The position numbers and the translations under genes were made by a program. Below the pieces are notes generated by a model, which saw nothing but the letters and a program-made list of their open reading frames with translations, was not told the DNA's origin and did not search any database. Positions 1 through 8,954 of a stretch of DNA of 28,517 bases are shown piece by piece. The stretch lies in the IMG/VR virus record IMGVR_UViG_3300014658_000015, positions 1 to 28,517 of that record; one strand, written 5' to 3'. The DNA is from a virus (lineage: Duplodnaviria; Caudoviricetes). Position 1 is the stretch's first letter. The number at the start of each line of letters is the position of its first letter.

Positions 1-82
1 GTTTCGTTCACGGAGTAAAAAGCGGCCACGGTGGCCATGTCAAAATGCGTCCTTTTGGCGCGCAGGCTTGCGTCGTGGAGGC

Positions 83-116
83 TTGACATGGAGGCTCAAG
101 CGGACAAAATGTCCGC
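83..116 (+). promoter_or_regulatory. Candidate sigma70-type late promoter overlapped by an inverted repeat
   Basis: TTGACA at 83-88, 16-bp spacer, CAAAAT at 105-110. The perfect dyad GCGGACA-AAA-TGTCCGC (100-116) covers the -10 region. Confidence 0.35.
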
Positions 117-176
117 CGTCTACAAGCCAGTTTGGTGCGCCCCCACAACAGGTTTTGCACCAGACCCCCTAACTTT

Positions 177-211
177 GAGGGCGTCCCTGCCAGGGGGCGC
201 CTTCTTCGTTT
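177..211 (+). terminator. Candidate intrinsic terminator upstream of cos
   Basis: Stem GAGGGCGTCCCT (177-188) / GGGGGCGCCTTC (193-204) with G-U pairs, loop GCCA, followed by TTCGTTT. Confidence 0.5.
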
Positions 212-242
212 GGGAGTCATCTATATAATTCCCATATGTTTT

Positions 243-347
243 GGGTCCTTCCTGGCCCTCCGCAAGCCGCGGGCATTTCGCGTCGCGGCATTTCTCCAGC
301 CTGACGACTTTTCAGAAGCCTTCACTTCGCTTCAGAAGGCTGTGAAG
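243..347 (+). other. Lambda-type cos packaging site (cosQ, cosN and candidate cosB repeats)
   Basis: GGGTCCT at 243-249 is identical to lambda cosQ. After 22 bp comes the 12-mer GGCATTTCGCGT (272-283), flanked by the dyad GCCGCG/CGCGGC. TTCA recurs at 311, 321 and 331, with inverted TGAAG at 343. The site lies directly before the small terminase gene. Confidence 0.7.
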
Positions 348-355
348 CGGGAGAC

Positions 356-979
356 GTGATGACGCCTGCCGTCGTGTCGAAGGGCGAGTTCGCCCGTCTC
401 TGCGATGTGAGCCCGACACGGGTCGGGCAGTGGCTTCGCGAAGGCAAGCTCGGCCCCGAGGCGTTGGAAGGTGAGGGGCGCTTCGCGCGGATTCGCGTTG
501 ACGAAGCCCGCCGCCAGCTGCGCCTCACCATCGACACGGCTCAGCGCTTCGGCAACGGCATCACCACGAAACTCGACGATGATTTGCCGTTGGCGCCGGC
601 CACGCGCGCCGGCGATCCGATCGCCGACCAGATCAAGCTGCAGAAGCTGGAGCAGATCCGGTACGCCAACCGTCGGGCGGCCGAGGAGGAGCTGGCCCGT
701 CAGGGGCTCTACGTCCGGGCCGACCAGACCTCGGCGGCGATGGCCAAGCTGGGCGCCGGCCTGCTCAACGTGTTCGAGGGGGCCATGGGCGACCTGGCCC
801 AGGCGGTCGCCGCCAAGTTCGAGCTGCCCCAGCGCGACGTGCTCCATCTCCTGCGGACCGAGTTCCGCGCCGTGCGGGTCAAGGCCGCGGCGGCGACCCG
901 CAAGCACGCCGAGCACCTGCCCGGCCTGATCGACGACCAGGTGCTCGAGGCCTCCGACCCGGTCCAGGGCGAAGCCTAA
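356..979 (+). CDS. Terminase small subunit (Nu1-like)
   Basis: N-terminal HTH (SKGEFARLCDVSPTRVGQWLREGK), then coiled coil. Abuts the large terminase gene. GGGAG RBS at 349-353; the start could be ATG 359. Confidence 0.85.
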   Translation: MMTPAVVSKGEFARLCDVSPTRVGQWLREGKLGPEALEGEGRFARIRVDEARRQLRLTIDTAQRFGNGITTKLDDDLPLAPATRAGDPIADQIKLQKLEQIRYANRRAAEEELARQGLYVRADQTSAAMAKLGAGLLNVFEGAMGDLAQAVAAKFELPQRDVLHLLRTEFRAVRVKAAAATRKHAEHLPGLIDDQVLEASDPVQGEA

Positions 980-2926
980 ATGGGCATCCAGCTGGCGAAC
1001 GCCGAGCGCCTGGCGATGGACGCCATGGCCCAGGCGCTCGAACCGCCGCCCTCGGTCGACTATCTCCAGTGGGCCGAGGACAACATCGTCTTCACCCAGC
1101 GGGAGAGTCCGCAGCCCGGCCCCTACAACCGCAACCTCTTCCCCTATTTCGACGAACCCCTGCGCGCCGCCAGTGGCGAGGATCCCTGCCGGATCATCAC
1201 CCTGGCCATGAGCGCCCAATGCGGCAAGACCACCTGGGCCAACATCTTCTGCCTTGGCTCCCTGGCCATGGACCCCGGCGACTTCCTCTACGTCCACCCG
1301 ACCGACGACAACGGCCGGCGCTGGAGCAAGATGAAGCTCTCGCCCATGCTCAAGGCGACCACCAGCCTCAACCACCTCTTCCCGCAGAAGGCCCGCGATG
1401 GGTCGGACAGCGTGATGTACAAGGAACGCATCGACGGCCGCGGGGCCATCCAGATCAGCGGGGCCAATTCGCCGGCGTCGCTCTCCCAGGTGACCATGAA
1501 GCGCCAGGTCCAGGACGACCTGGCCAAATGGGAGATGAACAGCGCCGGCGACCCGGAGGCCCAGGCCGACAGCCGCTCCCAGGCCCACGAATTCGCCAAG
1601 ATCGTCAAGCTCTCGACCCCGCTCGTTCTGCCTGGCTGCCGGATCACCCGCTCGTTCGAGGCTGGCAGCCAGGAGTATCCCGAGGTCCCCTGTCCCCATT
1701 GCGAGCAGTACCAGGTGCTCGAGTGGGACAACATGCACGCCCAGCTCGACGAGTCGAAGCCGGAGGACGCCTGTTTCGCCTGCGTCGGCTGCGGCGCCCT
1801 GATCCAGGAGCACGACCGGCCATGGATGCTGGCTCGGCTCCGCTGGGTGGCCAAGAACCCGGCCATGAAACGGGTCCATCGCTCGTTCTGGCTGTGGAGC
1901 GCCTATAGCGTCCTGCAATCCTGGGAAGGCATCGCCCGCCGGTGGCTCGCCGCCAAGGGCGACCCCTCCAGCGAACAGACCTTCTTCAACGACGTCGTCG
2001 GCCAGGCCTGGCGCGCCCAGGGCGAGGCGGTTCCCTGGGAGACCCTGCGCGATCGGGCGGCCGAGAGCACCTATGTGCGCGGCCAGATCCCCGCCGGCGC
2101 CCTGCTGCTGACCTTGGGCGTCGACTGCCAGGGTGACCGCGTCGAATGGCAACTGGTCGGCTGGGGCCCCAATTGGCGGCGCTGGATTATCGAAGTCGGC
2201 GTGTTTCCGGGTCACATCACCGAGGCCCGCTGCATCGCCGCCCTGGACGGGCTGCTACTCCAGACCTGGCCCAACGCCTCCGGCCAGAGACTTCCCGCCG
2301 ACGGCCTCGCGATCGACGGCAACGCCTGGACCGAGGACGTCTGGAGCTGGGCGCGCCGCCATCCGGCCAATCGGGTGATGATGGTTCGCGGCGTCGCCTC
2401 CGAAGCCGCGCCGCTCTTGGCCCGGGTCAAGAAGGAACGGTCCAAGGACGGCAAGCTGCTGCGCTACAGCCGCCGGTTCTTCAATTTCGGCACCTCGGTG
2501 CTCAAGCTCGCCCTCTATCGGAACCTGGCCAAGACCGATCCGCTGGAGGCTGGCTACATCGGGCTGCCCAAGGGCCTGGAGGACGAGTTCTTCCGCCAGC
2601 TGACGGCCGAACGCCGCCTGGGTGTCAAACGGCGCGACGGATTCACCGCCTACGCCTGGGTCAAGGATCCCGGCCAGGCCAACGAAGGCCTCGACAGCCA
2701 CCTGCAGGCCGAGGCCGCCGCCATACGCCTGGGCGTCCGTTCCCTCCCCGACGCGATCTGGGCCCGGTATGCCGCCGAGCGGGAGATCCCGCCGGCGCAT
2801 CCGCAACTCGATCTCGAAGACCTCGCCGGCGAACGGCGTTCGCCCCAACCCGATACGAGGCCGCCGATGAACGTCCCGGCTGGGATCCGCCCAGCCGGCG
2901 ACCGGCCCCGCATCCGCCTCGCCTGA
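980..2926 (+). CDS. Terminase large subunit, lambda gpA family
   Basis: Walker A-like MSAQCGKT, GANSPASL, KLSTP, CPHC...CVGC Zn motif, nuclease motifs LTLGVDCQ and NEGLDS. Confidence 0.96.
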   Translation: MGIQLANAERLAMDAMAQALEPPPSVDYLQWAEDNIVFTQRESPQPGPYNRNLFPYFDEPLRAASGEDPCRIITLAMSAQCGKTTWANIFCLGSLAMDPGDFLYVHPTDDNGRRWSKMKLSPMLKATTSLNHLFPQKARDGSDSVMYKERIDGRGAIQISGANSPASLSQVTMKRQVQDDLAKWEMNSAGDPEAQADSRSQAHEFAKIVKLSTPLVLPGCRITRSFEAGSQEYPEVPCPHCEQYQVLEWDNMHAQLDESKPEDACFACVGCGALIQEHDRPWMLARLRWVAKNPAMKRVHRSFWLWSAYSVLQSWEGIARRWLAAKGDPSSEQTFFNDVVGQAWRAQGEAVPWETLRDRAAESTYVRGQIPAGALLLTLGVDCQGDRVEWQLVGWGPNWRRWIIEVGVFPGHITEARCIAALDGLLLQTWPNASGQRLPADGLAIDGNAWTEDVWSWARRHPANRVMMVRGVASEAAPLLARVKKERSKDGKLLRYSRRFFNFGTSVLKLALYRNLAKTDPLEAGYIGLPKGLEDEFFRQLTAERRLGVKRRDGFTAYAWVKDPGQANEGLDSHLQAEAAAIRLGVRSLPDAIWARYAAEREIPPAHPQLDLEDLAGERRSPQPDTRPPMNVPAGIRPAGDRPRIRLA

Positions 2927-2939
2927 TCGGAGGACGTCC

Positions 2940-3209
2940 ATGGGCTGCAGTCCGATCTCGGCCCAGTTCTACGGCGTTCCCACTCAGACCCTGCAGACCT
3001 GGCTGACCAATGCCCAGCAGGCGCTTCAGGACCTGACCACGGGGGGCAAGCTCGAGGTCGCCGCCTATACCCAGGGCGACGGCTCCAAGTCGGTCACCTA
3101 CACCCGCGCCAATCTCGGCGAGCTGCAGGAACGCATCAACGCCCTGGCCCAGGCGCTGTCCGGCGGCCAGGTCGGCCGCCGGCGGCCGGTGAGGCCGCTA
3201 TACCTGTGA
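2940..3209 (+). CDS. gpW-family head-tail joining protein
   Basis: 89 aa between terminase and portal; motifs DGSKSVTYTRANLGEL and RRRPV; GGAGG RBS. Confidence 0.88.
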   Translation: MGCSPISAQFYGVPTQTLQTWLTNAQQALQDLTTGGKLEVAAYTQGDGSKSVTYTRANLGELQERINALAQALSGGQVGRRRPVRPLYL

Positions 3210-4858
3210 CCGACGTCAAGATCCTGGGGGCCGACGGCCTGCCGATGAAGGCCGCGCCCACCCGCGCCTCCATGCTGGCCGGCGCCAATGTCGGCTATGG
3301 CACGCCCTATGACGCCGCCAACGTCACCGATGATCATTCCGCGGCCTGGCGCCCCTACCTCTGGTCGGCCGACGCCCAGCTCAACATCTACCGCGACCGC
3401 ATTGTCGCCCGGGCCCGAGATCTCGCCCGCAACGACGGCTGGGCCTCGGGCACCGTCACCCGCCTGCTGGATAACGCCATCGGCGCGTCATTCCGGCCGA
3501 TCTCCAAGCCCGATCACCGCGCCCTGCGCGCCTATACCGGCATTTCCGGCTTTGACGCCCAGTGGGCCGAGGACTATGGCCGCGCGGTCGACGCCCACTG
3601 GCGCGCCTGGGCCGAGGACGAGATCGGCAAATACTGCGATGTCGAGCGCAAGAGCTGGATGTCGCTGCTGTTCGGCATCGCCTTCCGCCACCTGCTGATC
3701 GACAACGACGCCCTGGCCGTGCTGCAGGAACGGCCCGAGCGGGTCGGCCTGGGCGGCGCCCGCTACGATCTCTGCGTCCAGCTGATCGATCCCGATCGCC
3801 TTTCGAACCCGCAAAACGTCTTCGACAAACGCTATCTGCGCGGCGGCGTCGAGATCGACGATGATGGCGCGGCTGTCGCCTATCACATCCGCAAGGCCCA
3901 CCAGGGTGACTGGTGGGCGGCGGCCGATGCGGTCACCTGGCAGCGGATTCCGCGCGAGACGCCCGATGGTCAGCCGATCGTCGTTCATTATTGGGAGCCG
4001 TCGCAGGCGGGGGAGCATCGCGGGGGCGCCGGGATCTTCACCCCGGTGCTCAACCGCATGCGGATGCTGCTGAAATACGATGGCGCCGAGCTCGACGCGG
4101 CGCTGATCAACGCCTTCTTCGCGGCCGTGGTGGAGAGCCCGTTCGACCACGAATTGCTCGGCGAAGCGCTGGGCGAAGGCAACGCCGCGCCGCTGCTGGC
4201 CTACCAGGCCGAGCGCGCCCAGTTCCACGAAGAGCGCCGGCTGATGCTCAACGGCTCCAAGGTGATCACGACCTATCCCGGCGAAAAGCTGGAGATCGTC
4301 AAGTCGGAACGACCGAACCCGAACTACCCGCAGTTTCAGGCCGCCTTCCTGCGCAACATCGCCCAGGCGACCGGGGCCAGCGCGACCCAGGTCAGCGGCA
4401 ACTGGGGCGAGATGAACTATTCCAGCGCCCGGGCCGAGCTGCTCGAGGCCTGGAAGACGACCCAGCGCCGCCGCGCGAATTTCGGGTCGGGTTTCGGCCA
4501 GATGATCCGCGCCGCCTGGCTCGCCGAGTGCATGGCCGTCGACGATCTGCCGCTGCCGGCCGGCGCGCCGGACTATCTCGAGTGCCGCGCCGCCTATGCC
4601 CGCTGCAGCTGGATGGGCCCGGGCCGGGGCGTCATCGACTCGGTCCAGGAGCGCAAGGGCTCCGTCCTCGGCATGGACGCCGGCCTCACCACCCTGCAGG
4701 CCGAGGCCGCCGAAAGCTCGGGCGAGGACTATGAGGATATTCTCGACCAGCGCGCCCGGGAGATCGACGGGTTCAAACGCCGTGGCCTCGACGTGCCGAC
4801 CTGGGCCAATATGAACGCCGAGCCGGTGCCGGCCGAGCGCACGACCGAGCCCGTATGA
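3206..4858 (+). CDS. Portal protein, lambda family
   Basis: RARDLARNDGWA, QLIDPDRLSNP, GGVEIDDDGAAVAYHI, NYSSARAELLE; GTGA overlap with gpW. Confidence 0.96.
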   Translation: MTDVKILGADGLPMKAAPTRASMLAGANVGYGTPYDAANVTDDHSAAWRPYLWSADAQLNIYRDRIVARARDLARNDGWASGTVTRLLDNAIGASFRPISKPDHRALRAYTGISGFDAQWAEDYGRAVDAHWRAWAEDEIGKYCDVERKSWMSLLFGIAFRHLLIDNDALAVLQERPERVGLGGARYDLCVQLIDPDRLSNPQNVFDKRYLRGGVEIDDDGAAVAYHIRKAHQGDWWAAADAVTWQRIPRETPDGQPIVVHYWEPSQAGEHRGGAGIFTPVLNRMRMLLKYDGAELDAALINAFFAAVVESPFDHELLGEALGEGNAAPLLAYQAERAQFHEERRLMLNGSKVITTYPGEKLEIVKSERPNPNYPQFQAAFLRNIAQATGASATQVSGNWGEMNYSSARAELLEAWKTTQRRRANFGSGFGQMIRAAWLAECMAVDDLPLPAGAPDYLECRAAYARCSWMGPGRGVIDSVQERKGSVLGMDAGLTTLQAEAAESSGEDYEDILDQRAREIDGFKRRGLDVPTWANMNAEPVPAERTTEPV

Positions 4859-5745
4859 GCCGGCTCCCGCGCCTGTCGCAGCGCTTGTTCAATGTCCCGC
4901 TGATGATCCATCCCCGCAAGGCGGAGGTGGTCGTGGCGGCCCTGTTCGAACGGCTCGGCGTCGCTTCCATGCTTCGGCTTGAGGGCGACCACACCGTGGT
5001 CGTGCCGATGGCGTTTGACGAAGACGACGATTTCGCGACCCCTGGCAAGACGCGGCCTTGGCCCGACACCGGCTACGATCTCCTCGGCGATTGCGCGGTG
5101 ATTCCGATCAGCGGCACCTTGGTGCAGAAGAACGAGACCGTTCGGCCCTATAGCGGGATGACCGGCTACGACGGCATCCGCCAAGCTCTGGCCCTGGCCC
5201 TCGACGACCCGGCCGTCTCTAGGATCGCGCTCGATATCGACTCGCCGGGCGGCGAAGTGGCCGGCTGTTTCGATCTGGTGGATAGCATCTACGGCGCCCG
5301 GGGCGACAAGCCGATCTGGGCGATTCTCAACGAAATGGCCTTCAGCGCCGCCTACGCGATCGCCTCGGCGGCGGATAGGATCGTGGTTCCCCGCACCGGC
5401 GGCACCGGATCGATCGGCGTCATCTGCATGCACGTCGATTTCTCGAAAGCCTATTCGGACGCGGGCCTAAAGGTCACCTTCATCACTTCGGAAGGCGCCG
5501 ACCGCAAGGCGGACGGCCATCCGGAAATTCCACTGAGCGCCGAGGCCCTGGCCGCCATCCAGGCCGATATCGATGCGATGGGCGCGCTGTTCTACGACAC
5601 GGTCGCGCGCAATCGCGGCCTCGCCTCGACCGGCGTGCGGGATCTCGCCGCCGCCACCTTCCTGGGCGCCAAGGGCGTCGACGCCGGCCTGGCCGACGCC
5701 GTCATGGCCCCCGACGCCGCCTTCCGCGCCCTCCTCACTGTCTGA
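4855..5745 (+). CDS. S49-family prohead protease (lambda gpC-like)
   Basis: LDIDSPGGEV, AFSAAYAIASAA and TGSIGV motifs; ATGA overlap with the portal gene. Confidence 0.94.
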   Translation: MSRLPRLSQRLFNVPLMIHPRKAEVVVAALFERLGVASMLRLEGDHTVVVPMAFDEDDDFATPGKTRPWPDTGYDLLGDCAVIPISGTLVQKNETVRPYSGMTGYDGIRQALALALDDPAVSRIALDIDSPGGEVAGCFDLVDSIYGARGDKPIWAILNEMAFSAAYAIASAADRIVVPRTGGTGSIGVICMHVDFSKAYSDAGLKVTFITSEGADRKADGHPEIPLSAEALAAIQADIDAMGALFYDTVARNRGLASTGVRDLAAATFLGAKGVDAGLADAVMAPDAAFRALLTV

Positions 5746-5765
5746 CCCTCAAAAGGACCGACCCC

Positions 5766-6359
5766 ATGTCGTTCAAGACCTCCCTGCGCACCGCCACGGC
5801 GGCCACGCCTTTCGCCCATCTCCTGGGCATCCAGGCCAAGAAGGCCACCCGCGTCGAGGACGACAAGCCCGAGGAAGACGCCGAGGAACCAGAAGAAGAC
5901 GACACGTCGGCCGCGGCGCCCGGCGCCGAAACCGACGACGACGACACGACGGAGGAAGACAAGGACGGCAAGAAGGGCAAGAAAGCCAAGAAGGCCAAGG
6001 CGTCCGACGACGAGGAGTGCGCCGAGGAGGACGACGAGGACGAAGACGTCGCCAAGGCGGCCAAGGCCGGTCGAGCGTTCGAGCGGGCCCGGTGCGAGGC
6101 CATCTTTGCCGCGCCGGAGGCGACTGGCCGTCCCCACGTTGCCGCCCACCTGGCCTTCAAGACCAACATGAGCCCGCGCGCGGCCATCGATCTGATGTCG
6201 GCCACCGCCGTGGGCGCGATCGCCGAGCTCTCCACCGGCCGCGCCCGTCAGGCGCGTCCCCGCGTCGACCTTGGCGACGGCGGCGCGCCGGCTCCGCAGG
6301 CCCTGACGACCGCCCAGCAGATCGTACTCGCCGGCAAGAAGCGCCGCGGCGAAGCCTAA
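5766..6359 (+). CDS. Probable scaffolding protein (Nu3-like role), acidic low-complexity
   Basis: Between protease and decoration protein; D/E- and K-rich tracts followed by ERARCEAIF; AAGGA RBS. Confidence 0.65.
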   Translation: MSFKTSLRTATAATPFAHLLGIQAKKATRVEDDKPEEDAEEPEEDDTSAAAPGAETDDDDTTEEDKDGKKGKKAKKAKASDDEECAEEDDEDEDVAKAAKAGRAFERARCEAIFAAPEATGRPHVAAHLAFKTNMSPRAAIDLMSATAVGAIAELSTGRARQARPRVDLGDGGAPAPQALTTAQQIVLAGKKRRGEA

Positions 6360-6416
6360 GCCGCTCACCCCGCCCCCCGCGCGAGCGGGATCAACCCCTC
6401 TTAGGATCCGACCCCC

Positions 6417-7115
6417 ATGACCCTCAGCGTCACCAGCATTGGCGATAACCAGCAGGCGCCCGGCATCACCGCAGACGTCTATCTGCCCGATCAGCTGATC
6501 GCCGGCGATCTCAAACTCGTCAGCGACAGTGTCACCATCACCGGCGGCGCCGACCTGGTGCGCGGCTCGCTGCTGGGTATGGTTGCTCTCAGCGTGCCGA
6601 CCACGGGCACCGCCACCGGCGGAAACACCGGCAACGGCACCATCACGGCCGTTTCCGCCGGCGCCAAGACCAAGATCGGGACCTATACGATCCGGTTCAC
6701 CGGCGCGACGGCCTACACCATCGTCAATCCCAACGGCATCGAGCTGGCGCCGGGGACGGCCGCCGGCGCCTACACCGACGCCGAGCTCAACCTCACCTTC
6801 ACCGCCGGCGGCACGCCCATGGCGGCGGGCGATAGCTTTACGGTCGCCGTGGCGGCCGGATCGGGAAGCTACAAGCTCTCGGCGACCGCGGCGACGGACG
6901 GATCGCAAAATCCGGTCGCGGTCCTGGCGGACGCGGCGCTCTGCGCCACCAACGGTGCGGACCAGACCTGCGGCATCTATCTGATGGGCGAGTTCAACTC
7001 CAACGCCATGACCTTCGGCACGGGCTGGACGGCCGCGTCGGCCAAGGCCGCTGTGCCCCCCGGCATCTACATCAAGATCGAAGCTTCCGATCTGACCGCG
7101 ACCGACCCCTCCTAA
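6417..7115 (+). CDS. Head decoration protein (gpD-like) with an inserted beta domain
   Basis: YLPDQLIAG, LVRGSLLG, ATDGSQNPVAVLA and YLMGEFN motifs; immediately upstream of the capsid gene. Confidence 0.88.
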   Translation: MTLSVTSIGDNQQAPGITADVYLPDQLIAGDLKLVSDSVTITGGADLVRGSLLGMVALSVPTTGTATGGNTGNGTITAVSAGAKTKIGTYTIRFTGATAYTIVNPNGIELAPGTAAGAYTDAELNLTFTAGGTPMAAGDSFTVAVAAGSGSYKLSATAATDGSQNPVAVLADAALCATNGADQTCGIYLMGEFNSNAMTFGTGWTAASAKAAVPPGIYIKIEASDLTATDPS

Positions 7116-7180
7116 CTTCCAAGCCTTCCCTTCAATCCCTCGCCACGCCGTCCGGCGGGGCCTTTCCGGAGAACACGCCC

Positions 7181-8239
7181 ATGCCTGGCGGCAACCTGAT
7201 TTACGACACCAACACCCTCGTCCAAGTGGTGCCGAATCTGAAGACGGCGCAGACCTTTCTGCTCGACAGGTTTTTCCCGAACATCGTGACGAGCGACTCG
7301 GAGTTCGTGTCGATCGATATCGACATCGGCAAGCGCCGCATGAGTCCGTTCGTCAGCCCCCTGGTCGAGGGAAAGCTGGTCGAGCAGCGTCGTTACCAGA
7401 CCAACATCTTCAAGCCCGCCTACATCAAGGACAAGCGGGCGCCGGACCTGCGCAAGCCGGTCCGCCGGATGATCGGTGAGCGGATCGGCGGCGACCTCTC
7501 TGGCGCCGAGCGCGAGATGGCCAATCTCGAATTCGAGATGACCGATCAGGTCGACATGCTGCAGCGGCGGCTGGAGTGGATGGCCGCCCAGGCCCTGATC
7601 AGCGGCACGGTGACCATCGCCGGCGACGGGTTTCCGTCCGTCGTGATCGATTTCGGGCGCAGCGCGGCCCTGACGGTCGCGCTTACCGGCGCCAATGTCT
7701 GGGGCGATTCCTCGCACCTCACAGCGGCCGGGACCGACACGAAGCCGACGTCGGATATCGAGGTGTGGCAGAGCCTGATCCTGAAGAATTCCGGGGCCGT
7801 GGCGACCGACATCATCTTCACCACCACCTCGTGGAAGCTCTTCATCAATTCCACCTTCGCCCAGGGCGCTATTCAGTTCCCGGCGCTCGGCACCTTCGGA
7901 AACCAGATCAATCCTGGCGCCCAGATCGCCAAGGGAGCGATCTACAAAGGCCGCTGGGGGCAATACGATCTGTGGCTCTACAACGACTGGTACGTCGACA
8001 GCACGAACACCGAGCAGCCGATGATCCCGGACAAGACGGTGCTGATGACCGGGCCGGACCTGATGGGCACGCGCGCCTTTGCCCAGATCCTGGATCCCGC
8101 GTTCAACTACGGGCCGATGCCCTATGCGCCCAAGACCTGGGTGAGCGAGGATCCCGCGCAGCGGTACATCATGATGCAGTCGTCTCCCCTCGTGATCCCC
8201 AGTCGCGCGAACGCGTGCTTCGCCGCCACGGTCGCCTAG
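7181..8239 (+). CDS. Major capsid protein, lambda gpE family
   Basis: FLLDRFFP, RRMSPFVSPLVEG, FKPAYIKDK, RRLEWMAAQAL and MMQSSPL; 352 aa. Confidence 0.96.
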   Translation: MPGGNLIYDTNTLVQVVPNLKTAQTFLLDRFFPNIVTSDSEFVSIDIDIGKRRMSPFVSPLVEGKLVEQRRYQTNIFKPAYIKDKRAPDLRKPVRRMIGERIGGDLSGAEREMANLEFEMTDQVDMLQRRLEWMAAQALISGTVTIAGDGFPSVVIDFGRSAALTVALTGANVWGDSSHLTAAGTDTKPTSDIEVWQSLILKNSGAVATDIIFTTTSWKLFINSTFAQGAIQFPALGTFGNQINPGAQIAKGAIYKGRWGQYDLWLYNDWYVDSTNTEQPMIPDKTVLMTGPDLMGTRAFAQILDPAFNYGPMPYAPKTWVSEDPAQRYIMMQSSPLVIPSRANACFAATVA

Positions 8240-8257
8240 CGCCGTCAGGCGTTAATC

Positions 8258-8279
8258 GGGCGGCTCTGGTCGTCTTTTC
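8258..8279 (+). terminator. Weak hairpin/terminator after the capsid gene
   Basis: GGGCGGC-TCTG-GTCGTCT followed by TTTC; three G-U pairs make it weak. Confidence 0.3.
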
Positions 8280-8303
8280 ACAAGCAGAATAGGAGCCGCC
8301 GAA

Positions 8304-8615
8304 ATGGCGCAAGAGAAGGTATCAAGGGACGGTCTCGCCGAGGCGGTCGTGCGGCGTGGAACGGTTGTTTGGGGGGGCGACCCCAAATCTGTCGACACCG
8401 GCATGAAAGACCAGCACGGCAATCCGATCTGGCGTTTCGAAGAGGGCGCCGCCGTCCATTCCGGCCCTGGAGAAACGGTCCGCCTTCCCCAGGCCGATGT
8501 CGATCGCCTGCGCGATCTTGGCTTCCTGGTCGATCCCGCCGGCCCCGTTATCAAGACCGGCCTGGGCCCGAGCTATGATCTCGAGGATGGCCAGCCCGTT
8601 ATCGCTGAGGCCTGA
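8304..8615 (+). CDS. Hypothetical head-associated protein (position of lambda gpFI)
   Basis: AGGAG RBS; motif GPGETVRLPQADVDRLRDLGFL; follows the capsid gene. Confidence 0.7.
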   Translation: MAQEKVSRDGLAEAVVRRGTVVWGGDPKSVDTGMKDQHGNPIWRFEEGAAVHSGPGETVRLPQADVDRLRDLGFLVDPAGPVIKTGLGPSYDLEDGQPVIAEA

Positions 8616-8621
8616 CCCTTC

Positions 8622-8954
8622 ATGATCGACTGGGACGGGCTCGTCCTCGCGCCCCTCATGGGCGTCTTCGGCGAGACCGTCCGGCCGATCTACACGCCGG
8701 TGATCGCCGGCGGCGCGCCCTACGGTATCGATGGCGTCTTCGATCGCGCCTACCATGAGGTCACCCTCCTGGACGACGCCTCGAGCGCCAACACCCTGAG
8801 TCCGTGCCTGGGTGTGCGGCTGGCCCAGTTCGCGGCCGAGCCTCAGCCGGGCGACACGGTCTATATCGCCAGCGTCGACCTGACCTTCGTGATCCGCGAT
8901 GTGCGGCCGGACGGTCACGGCTCGGCTAAGCTGATGCTGATGCTGAGCGCATGA
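8622..8954 (+). CDS. Head-tail joining/closure protein (gpFII-like)
   Basis: FGETV, IDGVFDRAY, PQPGDTV and VRPDGHG motifs; position in the operon. Confidence 0.8.
   Translation: MIDWDGLVLAPLMGVFGETVRPIYTPVIAGGAPYGIDGVFDRAYHEVTLLDDASSANTLSPCLGVRLAQFAAEPQPGDTVYIASVDLTFVIRDVRPDGHGSAKLMLMLSA

Noticed and set aside
8-359. Small ORFs at 8-220, 31-228 and 132-359
   Set aside because: No clear RBS or coding-like codon bias; the region is better explained as regulatory and cos DNA.
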